Positions 57,823 to 64,000 of a stretch of 64,000 bases of DNA are shown piece by piece. Both the position numbers and the translations under genes were made by a program. The notes below the pieces were generated by a model that was not told the DNA's origin, did no database searches, and was given only the letters and a program-made list of their open reading frames with translations. Each line of letters starts with the position of its first letter. Position 1 is the first letter of the stretch. The DNA comes from Vicinamibacteria bacterium (lineage in GTDB: Bacteria; Acidobacteriota; Vicinamibacteria; Marinacidobacterales; Marinacidobacteraceae). The stretch covers positions 736,001 to 800,000 of the forward strand of contig OY821641.1 in assembly GCA_963555995.3 (NCBI GenBank), read 5' to 3'.

Positions 57823-59156
57823 GATTTGATTTCGCCCTCGGGCCAGTCCTCGAGGCGGGACTTCACGGCGGCCATGAACTGGTCCGCGACCGCGCCGTCA
57901 ATGAGGCGGTGGTCGAAGGACAGGGCCAGGAACACCATGGAACGCACCGCGATGGCGTCGCCGTCCACCACCACCGGCCGCTTGTGCACACCGCCGACGC
58001 CGAGGATCGCGACCTGCGGCTGGGCGATGATGGGCGTGCCGAAGAGGGCCCCGAAGGGGCCGGGATTCGTGATCGTGAAGGTGCCGCCCTGGACTTCCTC
58101 CGGGGTCAGGGCGCCGGCCCGCGCCCGGGCGGCGAGGTCGGTGATTCCGCGGGCCAGCCCCATGAAGTTCCGTTCGTCCGCGCGGTGGAGCACCGGCACG
58201 ATGAGCCCGTCGGGCAGGGCGACGGCGACGCCGAGGTTCACGCTCCGGTGGTACACGACGTGGTCCTCGCCGAGCGAGGCATGGAGCACCGGGAAATCGC
58301 CGAGCGCGTCGATTGCCGCCCGGGCGAAGAAGGGCATCAGCGTGAGCCGCACGCCGGCCCGCTCCTCGAAGGCCGGCCCGTTGGCGGCCCGGATGGCGAC
58401 CACCCGGGACATGTCCACCTCGAACACTGTGGTGACGTGCGCCGAGGTCCGGCGGGAACGGACCATGTGATCGGCGATCGAGCGCCGCATGTGGGTGAGC
58501 GGTTCGCTCCGGTCGCCGTGGAGGCTCACCGGGGCCGCCGGGGACGATTCCGGCGCCGGGGCGGGGATTTCCGCGACAGCATCGCCGGCCTGCGCCGCGG
58601 CGGGAGCCGGCGCCCCGGCCGCTTCCGGAGCGGCGGGCGCCGCCTCGCGGGTCTCGAGGAACGCGAGCATGTCCTGCTTGCTGACCCGGCCGCCATCGCC
58701 GGTCCCCGGGACGTCGGCGAGGTCCACCCCGTGTTCCCGCGCCATGCGCCGCACGAGCGGCGAACTGCGGGGTTGGCGCCGGACCGGCTTGGGGGGCGCA
58801 TCCCCGTCCGCCGCCGGCTCGGGGGTCTCGGGTGCGGTTTCGACCGGAGCGCCGTCGGTTTCGGCGGGAGTTGGCTCGCCGTCCGTTTCCACCGTTTCGG
58901 CGGGGGACCAGACCTCTCCTTCGGCCGCGATGCGCCCGACGACGGTGTTCACCGTGACCGTTTCCCCCTCGGGGACCAGGATCTCCACGAGCCGCCCGGT
59001 CAGGGCGGCGGGCACCTCGGTGTCCACCTTGTCGGTGGCGATGTCGAACAGGGGGTCATCCCGTTCGACGGTGTCACCGACGGCGACCCGCCACTTGGTG
59101 ATCGTCCCCTCGGTGATGCTCTCCCCCATCTGGGGCATGATGATGTCGCTGGCCAC
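57819..59156 (-). CDS. Dihydrolipoamide acyltransferase (E2)
   Basis: MPQMGESITEG, lipoyl motif TDKV, SPLVRRMA, GGTFTITN, FDHRLIDG. Confidence 0.95.
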   Translation of the reverse strand: MASDIIMPQMGESITEGTITKWRVAVGDTVERDDPLFDIATDKVDTEVPAALTGRLVEILVPEGETVTVNTVVGRIAAEGEVWSPAETVETDGEPTPAETDGAPVETAPETPEPAADGDAPPKPVRRQPRSSPLVRRMAREHGVDLADVPGTGDGGRVSKQDMLAFLETREAAPAAPEAAGAPAPAAAQAGDAVAEIPAPAPESSPAAPVSLHGDRSEPLTHMRRSIADHMVRSRRTSAHVTTVFEVDMSRVVAIRAANGPAFEERAGVRLTLMPFFARAAIDALGDFPVLHASLGEDHVVYHRSVNLGVAVALPDGLIVPVLHRADERNFMGLARGITDLAARARAGALTPEEVQGGTFTITNPGPFGALFGTPIIAQPQVAILGVGGVHKRPVVVDGDAIAVRSMVFLALSFDHRLIDGAVADQFMAAVKSRLEDWPEGEIKS

Positions 59157-59257
59157 GGGTGGGGAATTCTATTGTGGCGCCGGGTGGCGCGGGCGTAGGT
59201 GCCGGCTTGGCTCTTGAGGTGGGCCTTGGGACGAGAGCTGCCTTGTCCGGGCGGAGT

Positions 59258-59316
59258 GGTGCCGTGCGCGGCGCGGAGCGCCGCGGTGCCGGTCTGGAGA
59301 CCGGCGTTCCAAGCCG
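59258..59316 (-). repeat. Single GGAAC-type REP (59288-59310) + auxiliary hairpin, right after the S9 gene stop
   Basis: Exact core. Confidence 0.85.
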
Positions 59317-61335
59317 TCAGTTCACCTGGAGGTGGATGGACAGGAACTCGAGGACCTTCTGGAAGAAGGCGTAGTTCGCGCCCCGGTCGGTCTCCCAGCG
59401 GAAGACGGCTCGGCCGGTGTCGCCGCGGAAGGTGAGTTCCACGAGGGGGTAGTCGGCCCGGGACCGGAGTTCGGCGAGGAAATCGAGTTTCGCCGCGAAC
59501 GGCGCCTCCGGTACCTCCTCGCCGTGGAAGGAGAGGAGCGGCGCCCGGATCGCCGCCGCCTCCCCGTTCAGCGACAGGCGCCGGTAGTTCTCGAGATTCC
59601 CGCGGACCGGCCCGAGCTCGCCCTCCACGAACGCCCGCCGCTCCGGGTCGAGGGTGCGCACCAGCGTGCGCGGATCTGCGAACCCCATGGCCTCCACCCC
59701 GCAGGCGAAGAGGTCCGGGTGGCGGGCGAGGGCCGCGAGGACGAGGAAGCCGCCGTACCCCGTCCCGAAGATGCACGCCCCGTCCGGAGAGACATCCGGC
59801 AGCTCCTCGGCCGCGCGGGTGAGCGCGACCAGGTCGTCGAGATCGGCGCCCCCCCAGTCGCCGTCGTTCAGCGCGGCGAACGCCGCCCCGCGCCCGTCCG
59901 TTCCCCGCACGTTGGGGGCGAGGACCGCGTATCCCTGCGCGGTGAGCAACTGCACGATGGGGTCGAACCCGTTCCGCCAGGTGTCCCCGGCTCTCCCCCG
60001 GACATGGACGAGCAGGGGCGCCGGGACGCCCTCCGGCGGCGCTGCCGGCCGGTAGAGGAAGGCGCCGACCGGGACGCCGTCCCGTTCCACCTCGATCCGC
60101 TCCGGCCGGGAGAAGCGGCGGACGTCAATGTCGGCGAACAGGGTGTCCGTGATCCGTTCCCGTCCCCCGGTGACCGGCCAGGACCACACGTCGCGCGGGA
60201 AGGCGGGCGCCTCGTGCAGCGCGAAGAGCCTCGTCCCGTCCCGGCTCCAGCGGAGGCCGCGCGCCACCCCCGCGCCGCGGGTGACGATCCGGGCCCGGCC
60301 CGCCGGGGTCCAGCGTCCGTTCGCGTCGCGCTCGAGCCGCGACCGGTGGATGCGCCGGCTGCCCCGGTCGGCCTCGATCCAGGCGATCTCGAGTTCGCCC
60401 GCCGCGCTCCCCGCGGGGCGAAACCGGGGTTCGGCGAGGTCGCGTTCTCCGGCGAGCAGTCCGTACGGCTCGCCGCCGCCGTCCGCGCCCACGAAGTGAA
60501 CAGTGTCGAACCCGCCGTCCGGGCACTCCGGGTCACAGGAAGCGCCGCTCGCCCAGGCCAGTCCCCTGCCGTCCGGGGTCCAGTCGGGAACCCCCCGGAC
60601 CGGTCGGTCGTTCCCGGCCGTCAGGACGAGGGGCTCCGTTCCCTCCCCGGGGGCCAGGACCGCTAGCTCGCGCCCGGCGCCGGACTGGAAGGTGTAGGCG
60701 ATGCGGGCGCCGTCCGGCGACCAGACCGGCGGTCCCTCGTCGCCCGGATGCGCGGTGAGCCGCTCCGCATCCCCGCCGCCGGCGGACACCAGCCAGACGT
60801 CCCACCCGCTGCCGGGCTCCGCGTCCGACTCGTCCACGGGGATCCGCCGGCCACGGAAGGCGACGCGCTCCCCGGCCGGGTCCACGGCGGGGTCGCGCGC
60901 CTGGAGGTCCGGTGCGGTGAGAGGTTCCGGCTCTCCCCCGAGTTCGAGCCGGAAGAGGCGGCCGGTCTCCTCCTCGTCGCCGCGGGGCCGCGGTCCGGAG
61001 ACGAAGACCACCGACATGGCGTCCCCCACGAACCGGGGCGCCGAGTCCCAGCGCCGCCCTTCGGTGAGCACCCCCGGCCGGGCGCCGGCGGCGGTCAGGA
61101 ACAGCGTGGAACGGTTCCGGGTAGTCGCCGCCAGCACGACCCGGCGACCGTCCGCCGACACGCCGAAACCGAGCGCCTGGGGAAGGCCGAGCGCCGTCTC
61201 GAGGGCGAGCGCCTGGTCCGGCTCGACGAGCTGTCGCGGCTGCGCCGGCGGGACCGCCGCGCCCGCCCCCGGTGCGAGAAGCAGCGGTGCGGAGATTCCG
61301 GCCAGCGCGGCGAACCGGATCGCGGAGGGGCGCAT
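59317..61335 (-). CDS. S9 peptidase-like protein (TolB/PD40 propeller + alpha/beta hydrolase) with degenerate catalytic triad
   Basis: WSPDG repeats; PNVRGTDGRG, DWGGADLDD; GTGYGG in place of GxSYGG. Confidence 0.85.
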   Translation of the reverse strand: MRPSAIRFAALAGISAPLLLAPGAGAAVPPAQPRQLVEPDQALALETALGLPQALGFGVSADGRRVVLAATTRNRSTLFLTAAGARPGVLTEGRRWDSAPRFVGDAMSVVFVSGPRPRGDEEETGRLFRLELGGEPEPLTAPDLQARDPAVDPAGERVAFRGRRIPVDESDAEPGSGWDVWLVSAGGGDAERLTAHPGDEGPPVWSPDGARIAYTFQSGAGRELAVLAPGEGTEPLVLTAGNDRPVRGVPDWTPDGRGLAWASGASCDPECPDGGFDTVHFVGADGGGEPYGLLAGERDLAEPRFRPAGSAAGELEIAWIEADRGSRRIHRSRLERDANGRWTPAGRARIVTRGAGVARGLRWSRDGTRLFALHEAPAFPRDVWSWPVTGGRERITDTLFADIDVRRFSRPERIEVERDGVPVGAFLYRPAAPPEGVPAPLLVHVRGRAGDTWRNGFDPIVQLLTAQGYAVLAPNVRGTDGRGAAFAALNDGDWGGADLDDLVALTRAAEELPDVSPDGACIFGTGYGGFLVLAALARHPDLFACGVEAMGFADPRTLVRTLDPERRAFVEGELGPVRGNLENYRRLSLNGEAAAIRAPLLSFHGEEVPEAPFAAKLDFLAELRSRADYPLVELTFRGDTGRAVFRWETDRGANYAFFQKVLEFLSIHLQVN

Positions 61336-61406
61336 TCGGGAAGCGTAGTCCGGCGCCCGCCGCCTCCGTCCGGGCGCGATAATCCCGGAAGTCCTTCCCG
61401 CGCAAC

Positions 61407-63056
61407 GTGAGTCCTGCCCCCCCACCCATCCGCTTCGAGACCCATCCGTCGCGCTACCGCCACTGGAACCTGGAGACCGATGGGGATACCGCCACCCTGA
61501 CGCTCCGGGTGGACGAGGCCGGCGGCCTCCGGCCGGGGTACGCCCTCAAGCTGAACAGCTACGACCTGGGGGTGGACATCGAACTCGCGGACGCCGTGGA
61601 GCGGCTGCGGTTCGAGCATCCGGGGGTCGGGGCGGTGGTGGTCCGGAGCGGACTCGACCGGGTGTTCTCGTCGGGCGCGAACATCTTCATGCTCGCCGGC
61701 TCCTCCCACGGGTTCAAGGTGAACTTCTGCAAGTACACGAACGAGACCCGGCTCCACATCGAGGCGGCGAGCCTGGGGAGCAACCAGAAGTACCTGGCGG
61801 CGGTAGGCGGCACGTGCGCCGGGGGCGGCTACGAACTCGCGCTCGCCTGCGACGAGATCCTCCTCGTGGACGACGGCAGCTCGGCCGTCTCGCTTCCGGA
61901 AGTGCCGCTGCTGGGCGTGCTCCCGGGAACGGGCGGCCTCACGCGGGTCATTGACAAGCGGAAGGTCCGGCGCGACCGCGCCGACGTGTTCTCCACCCTG
62001 GCCGAGGGGATCCGCGGCCGGCGGGCGCTCGAGTGGGGCCTCGTGGACGGCCTCGCGCCGCGGAGCCGCTTCGAGGAGCGGACCCGGGAACGGGCGGCGG
62101 CGCTCGCCGTCCGGTCCCCCGGTACCGCCGGCCGCAAGAAGCGGGGCATCGTCCTCGATCCGCTGGAACCGGAGGAGAGTCCCGACGCGGTGCGGTATCG
62201 CCACGTGGACCTCCGCTTCGACCGGAGCGAGCGGACCGCGACGCTGACCGTGCACGCGCCCGAGGACCCGTTTCCCGAGGACCGGGCGGCGCTGGCGGCG
62301 GCGGGCGCGTCGGTCTGGCACCTGCGGATGGCCCGCGAGCTCGACGACGCGCTCTGCCGGCTCCGTTTCAACGAGCCGGAACTCGGGGTGGTGCTGCTGC
62401 GGACGGCGGGTGACCCCGAGGCCGTCAGGGAGGCGGACCGGCGCCTCGACGGTTTCGGCGCGGTCTGGCTCGCTTCCCAGACCCGCGACCGAGTGGGCCG
62501 GACGTTCCGCCGGCTCGACCAGACCGCCCGCAGCTTCTTCGCGGTGGCCGAACCCGGCGAGCGGTTCGTCGGGACCCTCGCCGAGCTGCTGCTCGCGGCG
62601 GACCGCTCCTATCTCTGCGACGATCCGGACCGTCCCGCCGGAGTCGCGCTGACCGCCCTCAACGACGGCGCCTATCCGATGGCGAACGGGCTCTCGCGGC
62701 TGGAGACCCGGTTCTACGGCAACCCCGACGGCGCCAAGGGCGCCGGCAGGCGGACCCTCACCGCCGCCGAGGCGCACGAGCGCGGCCTCGCCACCTTCGC
62801 TCCCGACGACCTCGACTGGGAGGACGAGCTGCGGATGGCCATCGAGGAACGGGCCGGGTTCTCACCGGACGCGCTCACCGGGATGGAGGCGTCCCTGCGT
62901 TTCGCCGGTCCCGAGACCATGGAGACCCGGATCTTCGGACGCCTCTCGGCGTGGCAGAACTGGATCTTCCAGCGCCCGAACGCGATCGGGGAGCGCGGCG
63001 CCCTCACCACCTACGGCAAACCGGAACGTCCCGAATTCGACTGGAAACGAACGTAG
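61407..63056 (+). CDS. boxC: 2,3-epoxybenzoyl-CoA dihydrolase
   Basis: YRHW, LKLNSYDLGVDIEL.DA, FSSGANI, KVNFCK.TNETR, SPDALTGMEA.LRF, RLSAWQNWIFQRPNA. Confidence 0.95.
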   Translation: MSPAPPPIRFETHPSRYRHWNLETDGDTATLTLRVDEAGGLRPGYALKLNSYDLGVDIELADAVERLRFEHPGVGAVVVRSGLDRVFSSGANIFMLAGSSHGFKVNFCKYTNETRLHIEAASLGSNQKYLAAVGGTCAGGGYELALACDEILLVDDGSSAVSLPEVPLLGVLPGTGGLTRVIDKRKVRRDRADVFSTLAEGIRGRRALEWGLVDGLAPRSRFEERTRERAAALAVRSPGTAGRKKRGIVLDPLEPEESPDAVRYRHVDLRFDRSERTATLTVHAPEDPFPEDRAALAAAGASVWHLRMARELDDALCRLRFNEPELGVVLLRTAGDPEAVREADRRLDGFGAVWLASQTRDRVGRTFRRLDQTARSFFAVAEPGERFVGTLAELLLAADRSYLCDDPDRPAGVALTALNDGAYPMANGLSRLETRFYGNPDGAKGAGRRTLTAAEAHERGLATFAPDDLDWEDELRMAIEERAGFSPDALTGMEASLRFAGPETMETRIFGRLSAWQNWIFQRPNAIGERGALTTYGKPERPEFDWKRT

Positions 63057-63059
63057 CCG

Positions 63060-63108
63060 GGAACGCCGGTCTCCAGACCGGCACTGCCCGCCGCAGGCGG
63101 GCGGCGGC
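63060..63108 (+). repeat. GGAAC-type REP + GCCCGCC-GCA-GGCGGGC hairpin between boxC and boxB
   Basis: Exact core 3 nt after the boxC stop. Confidence 0.85.
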
Positions 63109-63172
63109 AAGACGCTGGATCACGTGATGATCCGTTCTCGGCCATCCTTCTAAACTCCGGGTCGAAGCCCAG

Positions 63173-64000
63173 ATGTCCGAACTCGACTCCCGCATCCCGA
63201 ACAACGTCGCCCTCTCCCAGGACCCGCGCCTCCAGCGGGCGCTCCTCCGCTGGCAGCCCGCGTTCCTCAACTGGTGGAGCGAAATGGGGCCGGAGGGCTT
63301 CCAGGGCGACGACGTGTTCCTGCGCACCGCAGTCTCGGTGGAGCCGTCGGGCTGGTCGCACTTCGACTACGTCCGCATGCCCGACTACCGGTGGGGGATT
63401 TTCCTGGCGCCGCCGGAGGCGGACCGGCGGATCGGGTTCGGGGACCTGGCCGGCCGGCCGGTGTGGCAGGAGGTGCCGGGCGAGTTCCGCACCGACCTCC
63501 GCCGCCTCATCGTCACCCAGGGGGACACCGAACCGGCGAGCGTCGAGCAGCAGCGCCAACTGGGGAAGACCGCCCCGAGCCTCTACGACCTCAGGAACCT
63601 CTTCCAGGTGAACGTCGAGGAGGGGCGGCACCTGTGGGCCATGGTCTACCTGCTGCACTCCCATTTCGGCCGGGACGGGCGCGAGGAGGCGGACGCGCTG
63701 CTGGAGCGCCACAGCGGGGACGCCGACCGGCCGCGGATCCTGCAGGCGTTCAACGAACCCTGCGACGACTGGCTGAACTTCTACCTGTTCACCATGTTCA
63801 CCGACCGGGACGGGAAGTATCAGCTCCTCGCCCTGGCCGAGAGCGCCTTCGATCCGCTGTCGCGCACCACCCGGTTCATGCTCACCGAAGAGGCCTTCCA
63901 CATGTCGGTCGGCGAGACCGGCGTGGGCCGCATCGTGGAGCGCACCGCCAAGGTGATGGCGGGGGGAGAAGACGACCCCCGGAGGGCCGGGGTCTTCGAC
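63173..64000 (+). CDS. boxB: Benzoyl-CoA 2,3-epoxidase subunit B (runs off the window; not in the ORF track)
   Basis: Manual translation: MSELDSRIPNNV...WWSEMGPEGFQ...MPDYRWGIFL...QGDTEPASVEQQ...VNVEEGRHLWAM...FTDRDGKYQL...MLTEEAFH. Confidence 0.95.
   Translation, partial: MSELDSRIPNNVALSQDPRLQRALLRWQPAFLNWWSEMGPEGFQGDDVFLRTAVSVEPSGWSHFDYVRMPDYRWGIFLAPPEADRRIGFGDLAGRPVWQEVPGEFRTDLRRLIVTQGDTEPASVEQQRQLGKTAPSLYDLRNLFQVNVEEGRHLWAMVYLLHSHFGRDGREEADALLERHSGDADRPRILQAFNEPCDDWLNFYLFTMFTDRDGKYQLLALAESAFDPLSRTTRFMLTEEAFHMSVGETGVGRIVERTAKVMAGGEDDPRRAGVFD

Overview
Very GC-rich bacterial chromosomal window. GWxTD, TonB-dependent, VPS10/BNR and DUF2911 proteins suggest Acidobacteriota (inference). Housekeeping content: glycine cleavage (gcvT-H-P) plus a nitrilase, thyA-folA-ridA, an M16 peptidase pair, ggt, argR-C-D-F'-B, an ECF sigma/anti-sigma/PDZ module, nadE, a 2-oxoacid dehydrogenase/lipoylation cluster lacking E1-alpha, and boxC-boxB. 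Accessory content: a hicB-hicA-like pair and a complete IS21 with a 5-bp target duplication. The most striking feature is an intact REP-associated HUH tyrosine transposase (RAYT, 15114-15821) between two different head-to-head tandem REP arrays (6 x 85 bp and 11 x 80 bp). About 40 REP copies (hand count) in several co-varying variants are spread over the window. The REP system shows unusual behaviours: a composite element whose REP-bounded core occurs in both orientations, flipped hairpin loops, a 7-mer stutter of the REP head, C-GNA-G mini-hairpins, and a REP apparently translated in argB. A second, unrelated ~131-bp highly structured element occurs twice (41734-41864 and 56674-56804). No rRNA, tRNA or true CRISPR array was seen.
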